The position numbers were made by a program, and so were the translations under genes. A DNA stretch of 64,000 bases. Origin: Nemertoderma westbladi (Eukaryota; Animalia; Xenacoelomorpha). Location: the NCBI GenBank assembly GCA_032718475.1, contig JAUCBJ010000091.1:6095-70094 (forward strand), given 5' to 3'. The notes below the pieces were generated by a model, which was not told where the DNA came from, ran no database searches, and saw only the letters and a list, made by a program, of their open reading frames with translations. Of this stretch, positions 23,501-35,500 are shown one piece after another; positions within the stretch are counted from its first letter, which is position 1; each line of letters begins with the position of its first letter.

Positions 23501-25498
23501 ATACCAGTATGTTATACCGACGACGGTGAAAGCCAAACTTCTCAAGGAGAGGACAGCGGGAAAGACACTGACAGATCTTATGTCAATAAAATGCCTAAAG
23601 ATCAGGTAAGTAAATCCAAGTCTCGACCCAATGACAGAAGGGAACCGGTACAAAAAACCCCTCCTACGTCTCCTAAAAGAATTCAGGTGAGAAAGCCCGA
23701 GGAAAGAACAAGTGTGCACCACATAGCACAGGTTAAAGTAAGTAACATCAAGCCCAAATGTGTGCTGTGCGACGGGCCCCACCGTTTAAATGCGTGTGAT
23801 AAATTCCTGAGGAAATCACTCGAGGATAGACGTGAAGTCATGTGGGATAAGCGGTTGTGTTATAATTGCCTCAGACGAGGACACCAACGGCGAACCTGTA
23901 ACTCCGACGCAAGGTGTGCAAAGTGCGGCGCAAATCATCATATCTTGTTGCACACGGAATTCGAACGAAACAGCCCGAGTCAGGTAAGTGAGTCCGAACT
24001 ACATGTCCAATTCAGTGATGTGAACGACACTGATCAATCTGAGATGGAAGGATTCTATACGGACGAGTTCTCCGACCAAAACGAATCCTGTTACCTAATA
24101 AACACCACCGCAGTGTATCGAGCACTCGTACATGAGAAAGACACAGACAGCGACCTTACCTTAACTACTTCCGATCAACAACCATCTTGGAAAGCGCCAA
24201 CTTTCAATATAGGAATCCGAGAGTTTCCTGTGGTGCAGGTAAGGGTGCACGGACCTAAACGGAGTTATGTAGTGAACGCCCTCCTGGACTCCGGCAGCAC
24301 AGGAACATTCATCGATAAAGAGCTAGCCGAAGATATATTTGCTGGACAACCCAAGTTCCAAACTAAGCTCAACATGTCAGGCATTATGCAAGTTTGGAAA
24401 TCTACAATAACAGCTGATTATTATGTAGGCGCGTTGTCCACCCCACAAGACGAACTAGGAGAACATAGCATAAGGTCAGTGAAAATGGTGGCTATAAAGA
24501 ACTTCGCTACTACTCAAGCAGACCTTTATAATTGGGACGAGGATGAGAGCATCCAACATCTTAACATACCTCGATTCCAGACTGATTATCCTGGAGTGCA
24601 AATACTCATCGGCCAAAACGCGCATGAGGCGCTGGAGACATTAGAGAAACGGCCTGCTCAACCGCAGCCACTACAGACCTATGCGGTAAGAACTAGAGTA
24701 GGTTGGTACCTTACTGGACCTTCCGGTAGAACGCTCAGGGAAAGACTGCTTCAAGATCGCGTCTGCCAGATGAGTGAATGGGAAGATGATACTAGTGAGG
24801 GAGACGACCCAACTGAGGGAACACCACACTCCTCAGATAATGACAATCTTAGCTCCAATGTAGATCAATGGAGATATTGCCCCAAGAAGTTTTATCCAAC
24901 GGACATCGCTTCCAGAGGAGCAACTCCTCAAGAACTGACAGATACTATAGACCGGTTAGGTGAACCCGACTTCCTGAGTAAGGAGAATGAATGGCCTCCC
25001 CATCTTACTCCGACTGAGATTAGACCAGCCAAGGGAGCGGAGAAAGTCGAACCTGAAACCCGGACGGGTGGATCGGAGTTATTTGAACCCGGGATAGATC
25101 TGTCGGTATTACATGTTGCCAGGGACGACGCCGTGGATCTGGGCCTCCCCTCCGCGAGTGGATCCTGCATGAAGATCAGAGAGAGCGATTGGAGCTCTGG
25201 AACATCAGACGTCTCGCAGGGACTCTCACCTCTCCTGCAGAGAGCGACGGACCACTATAGCTCCTGGAATCGGCTTTGTGACGCCGTCATATACTTTGAG
25301 CGATGTTTCTATCGTCACTATTCCAGGACGAAGAGGAAACCTGGAATTGTATTCAGGATACAGCGACTCAATCACCCAGTCGGTCGTTTGTGTTTATCGG
25401 AAGGGAATGGAGGACTCTCCGGAAACTGTGGAAGGCAAGATTCTCTTCCCACGACCACCTCCCTAATCCTTCAAACATCTAGGGACTCCATAACGTAA
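20534..25498 (+). CDS. Intact Gag-protease polyprotein of the inner element, with in-frame remnants of RNase H and integrase C-termini (1654 aa)
   Basis: Same Gag, knuckle and ALLDSGS motifs as the outer element. Jumps from the post-protease linker to DQWRYCP..DIASRG near 24850, and from HYSSWNRL..HYS to KPGIVF..RLC near 25335. No YMDD and no DDE core. Confidence 0.92.
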   Translation: MSDTKQNLSDSLLDVTICDSDRDVQTSGRKSSSPPTVRKVIPPVVITEPRLVQHRRSIIGTRAQVKRDQKAAEQQQPASQELIPQRPSSSSSDDTVELTPESGAEMTDAVYTDPLLILPAAVLAGLLIAVEEHQIDWARSQRTTRDSYAGYTSEELKSIVESQWNFPGPGLPFDLSEAAWEDIHRMGVAQETIDPAVWKRSAAGYAQGFFSSMERIEKQLFQQPQGPQEQGSLLYQVRERVLRIRLILSAFEEASKRKQDTSLQVAIKTWFQRVSHQVQGAAQWKAQLEERSTHGESTDAISSQVESEATAEKPHKKDAIDIYLSDYQRFVGDEELRRRLEGLSPNSEGAKLVLDAIDVDRLAANQAKFDEQLRIAREREEQVRKKRIEDRKIAAVAEAERKAAAAEAKAAAAAAKAAAVAEAERTVAEAERKAAAEEAKAAAAEAKAAAVAEVERKAAEEIIQLELENLQEKQDDFSKQLAASNMQMMSRSTPKRQGYTSSEEGDTTDTEGGRNRSRLSRRKRTFHRQKLPDLPPAVRRQLNNTNLGSTEPTDQIIKIERLPTIVDEPEIIRPVLEITPSVIDTPVLPEATSKFPLHSTKLPVPSRTAQATVQVLDPERNIHNLSPVVPRPPATTLATPASAVEWVDEGRRGMDILLGQLQETVQQFKGTVRESRLELQEVQQSIALERDKLVNTQKGIPPPSVTMCQPVRSEVLHAQGVEPTRIYTASEVETPIVNPIKGNYRPVDNDIPYRPDHNPRNLYTDDSILNNTMAQESFTRQMARTEARQAVKVGEIVKFNGDEMKWLPFNEYYKDNIQNSVLSNGEKLRYLIECLEGSPKLMALKFIGHPDGLRQVWDTLNIRYGNRTNIARYLYAKLMAPRKFLSSGIIEFSDEIQEICRQLDWLGKSHEYQNSMVVGALASTLPKGGVGTRWDKKVLYMMEQQRRDPTIADLMSFLDGEVKLQLLRQSREKTLENKVSEKPVSRRRVIPVCYTDDGESQTSQGEDSGKDTDRSYVNKMPKDQVSKSKSRPNDRREPVQKTPPTSPKRIQVRKPEERTSVHHIAQVKVSNIKPKCVLCDGPHRLNACDKFLRKSLEDRREVMWDKRLCYNCLRRGHQRRTCNSDARCAKCGANHHILLHTEFERNSPSQVSESELHVQFSDVNDTDQSEMEGFYTDEFSDQNESCYLINTTAVYRALVHEKDTDSDLTLTTSDQQPSWKAPTFNIGIREFPVVQVRVHGPKRSYVVNALLDSGSTGTFIDKELAEDIFAGQPKFQTKLNMSGIMQVWKSTITADYYVGALSTPQDELGEHSIRSVKMVAIKNFATTQADLYNWDEDESIQHLNIPRFQTDYPGVQILIGQNAHEALETLEKRPAQPQPLQTYAVRTRVGWYLTGPSGRTLRERLLQDRVCQMSEWEDDTSEGDDPTEGTPHSSDNDNLSSNVDQWRYCPKKFYPTDIASRGATPQELTDTIDRLGEPDFLSKENEWPPHLTPTEIRPAKGAEKVEPETRTGGSELFEPGIDLSVLHVARDDAVDLGLPSASGSCMKIRESDWSSGTSDVSQGLSPLLQRATDHYSSWNRLCDAVIYFERCFYRHYSRTKRKPGIVFRIQRLNHPVGRLCLSEGNGGLSGNCGRQDSLPTTTSLILQTSRDSIT

Positions 25499-27151
25499 CA
25501 ACATATGGAGTGGGTGTGTGACTCTATTATTTTATATTATTATTATTATTTTTATATTTATGTACGTATTACTATGTAATTTTATTATAATCGTTTTATT
25601 TAATTTAGTAGAATATTATTTAGCGATTATTTTGTAGAATAGTGCGATATATTCGTGTTTATTACGTACGTCATTACTTATATTATATTTAGTGCGACGG
25701 CGAAGAGATAATTACTTTTCTCTTTCCTTACTGTCCGTATTATACTATAAATACGTAACAACAGTAAGATGAAATGTCTGTACTTATTAAAGTACAATAA
25801 AGCCACTACTATATTTAAGTATTATTGGTAGGCAGAGTATTAGGAATGCAAAGTTCAGATCCTCGTGTCTCGGCTAAACCAAGCTCTGGGTAGACCTTGG
25901 AAACGACTTGCCTCTTCACACTGACATTGCTTCGTGCGATATTGCTCTCATACCGTATATTAAATAATACATATAGTAGCGTGATGTCCCTTTAACAGTA
26001 GCGTATAACGCAAAATAAATCTGTTAAACCCTTTGACCATCTGTAATTCTAGTCGATTAAGATATCGCGGCACCCACCGATATACTTGAAAGACAAATTC
26101 TAGAATCAGTGGTTAACGTCCCCAGACAAGTTCTGGAATAAATCGGTGCCCATCTCAAATATTAATTAATTAATATTTGCAAAATCTAATAAATCAAAAT
26201 CTGTAAAATTCAGATCCTTCAATAATTCTAGTCAATTAAGATATCGTAGTATTTACCGATATTCTTAAAAAGACAATTGTCATAGAACTAAGGATCTTGT
26301 GTCCCCAGACATGTTCTGGAATCAAAATATGTCCATTTAATTATCAAATAATAAAATTTCAGGGAATCAATTTAAATTCATGCCTTTTAATGAATTTAAT
26401 AAATTGCCATTTTTACGCAATTTATAAAGTTCCCAAAATTCCATTAATTAATAGATCAAGGGAGCGGAGATTTATCTTAGCATGCGTATGAGTGTGTGAA
26501 AGTCTCCCAAACATAGTCAATAGCCGATAAAATTCATAAAGTCATGTATAAAACAGAACATTGACTATTAAAGAATTACTATTAAATAACATCCCAGATC
26601 TGTATGCATTGGAATTACTCTAATTCTACCGCTAGCTTTGCATAATGTCACCATAGCAACAACCACGCTAGAATTAGAATTGAGTTAAACTAACAATAGA
26701 AAGCTTGTCCCATTGAATAACATAGGGAATAAATAGTGCACTGATAGTATCCAAGGATACATAATAATACAGTGACATTCTGGAAGGCATTGACTAACGG
26801 ACAAGTGACCCGAGTGTGTGTAATTTGTGACAAGTTGTGTGTGTGGTATTTGTGAGTTTATAGGTGAATGTTACTGCTAAGGTGTGTTTACAGTAGCTAG
26901 TCGCAATCGTAAAAGTAACCTAACTCTCCAAGGAAACCTGAAGTACATCTAAGCCTTTGGGACGGACAGTTGAGTGACTTGTGCCGGTTGTCGTTGTCGT
27001 TGTGCGGCTACGTCGTTGGCGAAAGTACAGCGGCTACGACACATCGGCGCTGAGGATCTCGTACTGTCCGGGGTTGATTGGGGTAGGCAGTGACGCCCGC
27101 TCGCCTAAATATAAACTCATTATAATATGGATAAACTCATATATAGCAGAT

Positions 27152-28229
27152 ATGACGGAGTTGATAGAAGATGGTCTTGTCATCCTATCGATTTACACAA
27201 TACGGACTATGTCGACTATATATCCTGCCCAGCGGAGTCGGAACCATAAACGGAAATTCGAATGCGAAAATTCTATTCGAAATCGACTCGAAAGAAAAGA
27301 CACTTAAGAAACAAATGGACGCGGTAACTCCAACGTATATTTGGAATTCTTGATAGAAGCATTGTAACAACAAATAAATATCACCCGCGTTTACCCTACC
27401 AGACGTGCGTCTTTGGTATTATTACGATAAATGCCCTAGACCCAACTAATAAACGGAAAGACATAAACATCCACGTAAACCGAAACTTGTTGACGTATCA
27501 CCTATGCTTACTCGACTCGAACGATCCTGGAGTAAACCTACGATCAGAGTCCCGGAATACTCGGTCAAACCTCCTCATTCCTTAGTTGGACCTCAGACCT
27601 GCGATCTTGATGGTGTCGCGGATCCTCGCGGACTGTATTCACTGTTCAAAGATCTAGTGCTACCCTAACAATTAATCGGTAACACTCCGACAGTGATTTC
27701 TAGCTAACCGCCCATCTTACCTAGCCGGATTGTGACGCGGACACCTAATATCACTATCCAACCGTATGGTCGTCCACGTTTAACGCGATACAACCCCTCA
27801 TCAAGGGGAAGGAGAGCGTTGTACGAAACGAGTTAAACGCTATTTTATAAAGATCAAAAAGGAAACCTGCGTTTGTTCAGATAAACGTAAGTTATAACAG
27901 TGAGTCCAATCGATACACGAATTGGCCTTATCTCAATTCGATTGGGAAATCCAGAATCTCTGAGAAGTTATCGAACTTGGACGATCCTATTCTCTGCGAG
28001 AGTTTTTGGATGAACGTATCCAGCTACGAGCGGAGGAAAATCAGCTCGAGGAGAAGCATATCGAAACGGCAGATACCTCGACCACAATCCTACACCTTCT
28101 GATGCAATCATATTGCACCCTTCACCCAGGAGTTATGGCCCTCCTAGTAAAGTGGCTCCCCCCAAAGAGAAAAAGACTCTTGCTAGCCTCAAAAAACTGC
28201 GTAAACGCCGTCTGCGTAAGAAAGACTAA
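27152..28229 (+). pseudogene. Decayed, internally deleted copy of the accessory 3' ORF
   Basis: Starts ATGACGGAGTTGATAGAAGAT (compare 32555) and ends ..CGTAAGAAAGACTAA (compare 36813). Many stops and indels; exonuclease and zinc-finger region deleted near 28065. Confidence 0.88.
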
Positions 28230-28307
28230 CTGTTTAGAGTATCTTTATGTTTTAGAAACTGTGATTTTTATATTTTATAGACTGAAAATCCCATTTTCTG
28301 GGAGCGG

Positions 28308-28954
28308 TGTAAAAGCCTTTGCTGAATTGCCCCGTTATTTTTATTATCTTTTACATTAAAATACTCTGTAGTTGATTTAATAAGTGTAAGAGACCGTATT
28401 ATTGCTGTATCGGTGTTTTTAGAGGATCTAAGACCTATTTCCTCCGTATGTGTACTGTGAAAGGCATATTTTATGATTCTATGGCAATTCGTGATGCAAA
28501 AGGGTGATAGCTACTCTTGAACAGTAGTTACTATGACTACGGTTAACAGCTGACATTCATACGTGTTGATTTCCTTTGTTCTACGGCGTCTCTCAGTTCA
28601 GTCAGCCAATGAGAGCGTTTTTGTGGCTCCTTGTACAGAAAATTTCCGAGAAATGACGCAATGCCTATGTGCAGTGTTTACATTCAGTCTTGAGCCAAAG
28701 AAAGAACGGCTTGGAAGTATTTTTTGTGCTGTACTGCTTTTTAGTCGTACACTAGTAGGTTTAATTATAAAGGGCATATATCCTTTAACTGTAAATATCT
28801 CACTGCTGCAATTTAACATACCTAACGACTACTGCTGACTGATGATCATACATGCTGACTGCTGAAACATTGCAAACTCATAACAATCAGTGTTCAGTAG
28901 TTATTTTATACTGCTATTTACCGTCAGTTCTTCATAATATGGTTGATGAATTAT
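28308..28954 (+). repeat. Truncated 3' LTR of inner element (647 of 1267 bp)
   Basis: Matches 17112-17758 with two substitutions noticed, then switches abruptly to pol sequence. Confidence 0.92.
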
Positions 28955-29726
28955 GGTAGATACTCCAGACTGGTTAGGTGGACCCGACTTCCTCTACAAA
29001 GAAGAAGAAGAATGGCCTCCTCATCTTACTACAGCAGAAATTAGACAGGCCAAGGGAGCGGAGAAAGTCAAGCCTAAAACTCAGGCGAGTAAATCGAAGT
29101 TATTCAAACCCACAGTAGATCTGTCTGTCCTACATACTTCCGGAGACGACGCTTTGGATCAGAAACCCACAGCCACAAATAAACCCGTTGTGGAAATCCG
29201 TGATAAGGATTGGAAATCTGGCATACCAGACGTCTCGCAAGGACTCTCACCTCTTCTGCAGAGAGCGATACATCACTACAGTTCCTGGAATCGGCTCTGT
29301 AAGGCCGTTACATATTTAAAGAGATGTTTTCACCATCACTACTCTGGGATGAAAACAAAGGGTGATACCGCTCCAATCACATCAGTGCAGGTCCATGTTA
29401 TTAAAGATCTTCCCAAACATAAGATACCCGACAGGTTTCTGAAGGAGAAGATCAGTTATCAGGAGCATGAAGAAACCAACAAACAGATGCTGAGACTCTT
29501 ACAATGCTATGAAGATTCCGATAAGTATTTCCTGTTGTTGAGAAATCCACAGATGCGCTTAAGGGATCGTTTCTCTAGCACAAGGATAGATGGGTTGATA
29601 CGTGTTGGAGGAAGGTTAACGAATGCCCCATTATCCTTTGATACTAAGTTCCCCATACTCATTAGAAATCTTGAAATACAAGTCAAGATGATTGTAGATG
29701 TTCACAGCAAACTTTATCATGCTGGT
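28954..29726 (+). repeat. 773-bp direct duplication of outer pol 16339-17111
   Basis: TGGTAGATACTCC...CATGCTGGT occurs on both sides of the inner element, with identical translation. Confidence 0.93.
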
Positions 29727-30914
29727 AGAGAACGAGTTCTTAGCGAAATTCGAACTCGCTATTATTTTTATAAACCCCGTAGAGCTCTGAACCAAGTTCT
29801 TAGGAACTGTATACCCTGTAGGAAAGCATTCAGTAGGCCTTTAACACAGAGAGAGGCAAAATTACCTAGGGAACGAGTAAGCTTTTATGAACCACCCTTT
29901 ACTAATACCGGTGTGGATTTATTTGGCCCTATTGAAGTATATCGTGCTAGGACTATAGTCAAGAGATGGTGTGTAATCTTTGTTTGTATGACTTGTAGAG
30001 CCATCCATCTCGATATGGTGAACGATTTATCTACCAACAGCTTTCTATTAAGCTTACGACGACAGATCGCTTGCTTTGGCACTAGTAACACGATGAGATC
30101 TGATAAGGGAACAAACTTCATTGGTGCCAACAATGAAATCAAAGCTTACGTCAAAGATTGGAACCAAAGACAGGTGGACGACCAACTACGAGTAACAGCG
30201 TCTAGTTGGACCTTCAACGCCGCCGACGCCCCTTGGTGGGGAGGAAGTTGGGAGAGATTAATAAGAAGTGTGAAGACAGCATTTCATTTTATAGTGCCTT
30301 GCCGCGCTTATCTCACCGACGAACTTTTGCGGACGTTAATGGAAGAAATCGCCGCCTATCTCAACGAGAGACCGCTTATGCCAGTCTCATCGAGTCCCGA
30401 TTCCCTGGAAGCGCTAACACCCGCGCACTTCCTACTGAAGAAACCTGTAGCCATGCTCCCACAATCGGAAATCACAGATGGAGACAAATACTGCCGACAA
30501 ACTTGGCAACTCATGCAGTTGTTATCCCGTCGTTTCACTGACCATTTCGAAAAACATTATCTGCCCACGCTACAACTTCGAACTAAGTGGTTTGCGCAGC
30601 AAGAAAACGTCAGCGCTGGAGACATGGTTCTTATTGTGGATGTAGATCTTCCACGTAAGCAGTGGCAGACAGGTCGTATAATCGAGACCCACATCTCGGA
30701 TGACGGTTTGGTGCGATCGGTAGAACTCGTCGTCATGCGACGTAACTTCAAGAAACCGGGAATTGTCTTCGAGACGCAGCAGCTCAATCGCCCAGTTGGT
30801 CGCTTATGTTTACTGGAAAGAGACAGAGAACTCTCCGGAAACTATGGGAGACAAGATACTCTTCCCACGACCACCTCCCTAATCCAACAAACATCTAGGG
30901 ACTCCCCAACTTAA
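29727..30914 (+). pseudogene. Outer element integrase (3' part of gag-pol; within ORF 28953-30914)
   Basis: H..LYHAG..CIPC zinc finger, PFTNTGVDLFGP, RAIHLD, SDKGTNF, PWWGGSWERLIRSVK, LNERPL, LTPAHFL, DDGLVRSV, RPVGRLCLL. Confidence 0.93.
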
Positions 30915-31466
30915 CAACGGCTGGAGTGGGTGTGTGACCATATTATTTTATATTTGTATTTGTTTTATTTTTATATTTATGTATGTATTATTATGTAATT
31001 TTATTTTAATCGTTTTATTTAATTTTATTTAGTAACATGTTATTTTAGCGAGCATTTAGTAGATTAGTGCAATATATTCGCATTTATTACGTAATTACTT
31101 ATATTATATATTTAGTGCGACGGCGAGAAATAATTCTTTTTCTCCTTCCTTACTGCCCGTATTACATTATAAATACGTGACTACAGTAAGATGAAATATC
31201 CGTACTTATTAAAGTACAATAACGCCACTACTATATTCAAGTATTATTGGTAGGCAGAGTATTAGGAATGCAAAGTTCAGATCCTCGTGTCTCGGCTAAA
31301 CCAAGCTCTGGGTAGACCTTGGAAACGACTTGCCTCTTCACACTGACATTGCTTCGTGCGATATTGCTCTCATACCGTATATTAAATAATACATATAGTA
31401 GCGTGATGTCCCTTTAACAGTAGCGTATAACGCAAAATAAATCTGTTAAACCCTTTGACCATCTGT

Positions 31467-31740
31467 AATTCTAGTCGATTAAGATATCGTGGCACCCACC
31501 GATATACTTGAAAGACAAAATTCTAGAATCAATGGTTAACGTCCCCAGACAAGTTCTGGAATAAACTGGTGCCCATCCTAAATATTAATTATTAATATTT
31601 ACAAAAATCTGTCAAATATCAGATCCTTTAAAATTCTAGTCGATTAAGATATCGTAGCACTTACCGATACTCTTAAAAGGACAAAATTCCTAGAATCAAG
31701 GATCCAAGTTCCCAGACACGTTCTGGAATAAAATTGTGTC
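31467..31740 (+). repeat. Duplicated unit (about 165-bp period) in the pol-to-accessory-ORF spacer
   Basis: AATTCTAGTCGATTAAGATATCG...CCAGAC..TTCTGGAAT at about 31467 and 31632; also at about 26045 and 26224 in the inner element. Confidence 0.8.
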
Positions 31741-32554
31741 TATTTAACATTAAATAATAAAATTTACGGGAATAAATTTAAATTCAGATATTTTAATGAA
31801 TTTAATAAATTGTCATTTTAGACAATTTATAACATTCCCAAAATTCCATTAATTAATAGATCATGGGAGCGGAGATTCACTCTATTAAGTGTATTTGTGT
31901 GCGAGAATCTCCAATGTATAGTCAATAGCCGATAAAATTCATAGAATCATGTATAAAGGGGATATTGACCATTAAAGAATTACTATTAAATAGCATCCCA
32001 GATCTGTATGCATGAGAATTACCCTAATTCTACCGCTAGCTTTCCATAATGTCACCATGGCAACAACCATGCTAGAATTAGAAGTGAGTTAAAAGAACAA
32101 TAGAAGGCATGCCCCATTGAATAGCATAGGGAATAAATAGCGCATTGCTAGTATCCAAGGATACATAATAAATACAGTGACATTCTGGAAGGTACTGACT
32201 AACGGACAAATGGCCCGAATGTGTGCAGTTTGTTGCAGTTGTGTTGAATTTGTGCGTTTGTAGGTGAATGTTACTACTAAGGTGTGTTTACAGTAGCGAG
32301 TCGCAATTGTGAAAGTAACCCTAACTCTCCAAGAAGAACCTGCAGTACATCTAAGCCTTTGGGACGGACAGTGAAGTGACTTGTGCCGGTTATCGTTGTC
32401 GTTGTGTAGCTACATCGTTGGCGAAAGCACAGCGACGACGGTACATCGGCGCTGAGGATCTTACACTGTCCGGGGGCAAAAGAGGGGTAGGCAGCGACGC
32501 CCGCTAGCCTAATATATATAAACTCATTATAATATTGATAAACTCATAGCAGAT

Positions 32555-35500
32555 ATGACTGAGTTGATAGAAGATGATCTTGGTATCAGGGAGCGATATA
32601 CTCTACCTTTACAAGCGTTTGTCGATAGCTTGATACGCGGCGACGCTGGTCCAACTACTACGGAGGATGATGGTCGTTATATCGAACCGCCAATGTCCCC
32701 GGAGCAACTTACGCGTGAATTGGATTATAGAAAGTTCACCGCTCGTTATACGCATCGTAATGGTACGTATATGGACTTCCTAACTACTGGCCACCCTATC
32801 GATTTACACGATACGGACGATGTGGATACCAAAAGGGAAATGGTTTTATTTAAATATCATACCCAGCGGAATCGGAACGATAAGCCAAGAACAGAACACG
32901 AGAACTCTATTCGAAACAGACTCGAAAGAGAAGACGTTGAAGAGCCGGATAAACGCAACGACTTCAACGATTATCTGGAATTCTTGAGAGAAACATACCT
33001 CAATATTGCCAGTCAACAAAATCTCGAAACTCGATATCCTCAAGGTATACATCATGATCCTATGATAGAACTCAAACGACTCTATTTCACTATGATGTAT
33101 CTTAGCGCCGATCGACCGCTACCTGTTGTCCCAGATAGCTTCGAACAGATGGAGGAATATTGTAAAACTGGAGAACGATCACCCGCGTTTCCTCTGCAGG
33201 ACATGCGTCTTTGGTATTACTGCGACGAATGCCCTAGACCCAATCAGCAAACGGAAAGACATAAACATCCGCGGAGACGTTGCGCTAAACACAGTTTTAC
33301 ACGATATACTTACGGGAGTTTCGAGCGAAACCTGTTCGACGTGTCCCCTGCGGTCGCTCGACTCAAGCGATCCTTGAACAAACCGATGATCAGAGTTCCG
33401 GAATACTCGGTCAGACCTCCGCATTCCTTAGTCAGACCTCAAACTCTTGACCCTAATAGTATCACGGATCCTCCCGAACTGTACTCACTGTTCAAAGATC
33501 TAGTGTTACCCGAACAGTTGATCGGTGGCACTCCGGTAGTAGGCTCACGGGACATTCGCCAACCCTACCTAGCTGGATTGGGACGTGGTCATCTAATATC
33601 GCCGTTTAACCCATACAACCGTCCCGGCTTCACCTCTATCCAACCCGTTATGGAAGTCGAAGAGAGCGTCGTACGAAACGCATTAGATGCTATTCGGCAG
33701 AAAATCGGAAAGGGAACGTACGATTGTTTGGAGAAGCGTAAATTGCAGCAACAAGTCCAAGCGGTGAAGGAATTAGCTTTACCCCAGTTCGATAGAGAAA
33801 TACAAAATCTCGAGGAGGACATCGAACGTGGACGAACCTACTCTTTACAAGAGTTTCTAGATGAGCGTCTACAACAACAAGCGGAGGAGAATCAGCTCGA
33901 GGAGAGACATATAGAACTGGATGAGAGAGAAGAAGCGGCTTTAGCTCAACCCGAAGCGCAAATCCTTATGACGGATCTCTACTCTAAAACCATTCTTCAT
34001 CCCTCGATGGTTCCCCATTTCGGAGACAAACTTTTTGCGATGGCACAACCCCAACCGGTTGATATCAACCTAAGATCTCGAGATCTTATCGCCGACGCTC
34101 CTCTGTTGCAGCGTCCGCCCATCGAATCCGCTCGTGTCGATGGTATACTCGTTGAACCTCCGGACAATAGAGCAGATCTTGTCCGTCGCATGGTACACGA
34201 TGTAAACATACGCGCTAGACCTTTACCGGACTCGTTTTACGGGATCAAAGATCACCCTTATTACGTCAATCTAAAACAATATTACATGGTAAAACCGGAA
34301 GATCCTACACATAGTCTGAAGTTTCTACCGCTAATAAATCCTCTCGATCTTGTCGAACTCGAACAACTGCAGAAACATCTGGATCAGTTAGTTAAAGTAA
34401 ACTCATTTCGAAAACCATATAATGTTTCCAGAATAGAGAAAGAAACAATACCTCCGTATAATCTTGATGGATTCATCAAAACTCGTTTAGTGCACTGGAA
34501 TCTTGATGTGTTATTCGAGGAGGAAAGAATACAACGATATGGAGATGAGGAAACACATACCACACAATATTTAAAGTATAAAGACCTGCCTAATGCTAGC
34601 GAATGCGCTACCTTGTGGCATCCTGTGGGAATGACACTAGAAAACGCCACAAAAGAGTGGAACGAAACTCTTAATGTTATCGAGATGTATGGAGTTGTCA
34701 CTTACGATAACGAAGGTAGCGTTCCGGTTGGAGAACTTGGAACTACGCGGATGATACATATACGAGGACTCGCTGGTTCTACCCACGTATTTACTCGAGC
34801 GTGTTCCGACGTTATTGATTATTCTTTTGAAACTCTTACTGAGACGCAAAAGAAACTCCGACATGGACAATTTGAACTCGCGCAGCATTACGTCACCGAC
34901 ACCGAGCGCAAACCGGCCATGGGTATCGATGGATCGATGTTACCCCAACCCGTGCTCGAGATGTTGTTTAACGAAGGAATCCTTAAAATCGGCTCAGCTG
35001 TTTATGGAGACCTACAGAACGACTTTCGGAATATGGAGAACATTCCATACCCCTTCGTTGACACTCAGCTGATTGCTCCTTGGGCAGAAGGCCGAGGTTT
35101 CTTCCGCACTATGTATGCCAATACACCCAGCGGAATTACTAAAGTACAACGAACCTCCATCGGACATCTTGCCTTTCAAGAATACGGATGGAATTTCAAG
35201 GTTGGAAATCCTATAAATTACCAACAAGTATACGGAGATCATTATTCTCGTTTATACTTTGATGGACCATTGACCGCACCTGGCGCCGTGTATAGCTTTA
35301 TGAGTGTTCCACTTCGTCCCTCCTTAGCTATATACACGATCTTTGAAAACGCAGCACTTGCCGGTTGGCTAGCCGATGTGTGCAGTCGTACCATACGCGC
35401 CCATCCCTTAATACTTGGAACCAAACTCGCCAAGTTAGATGAATACAATAAATTCATCCGCTTTGAATGTTTCAGGCGCTTTCTGACTCCGTTCCGTAAC

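Larger units (their letters stand above)
17112..28954 (+). mobile_element. Inner nested non-autonomous Bel/Pao element of a sister subfamily (about 11.8 kb), inserted in the integrase HHCC region of the outer element
   Basis: 5' LTR at 17112-18378 and truncated 3' LTR at 28308-28954 preceded by the same GGGAGCGG tract. Internal region is colinear with the outer element but lacks RT, most of RNase H and the integrase core. Confidence 0.93.
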
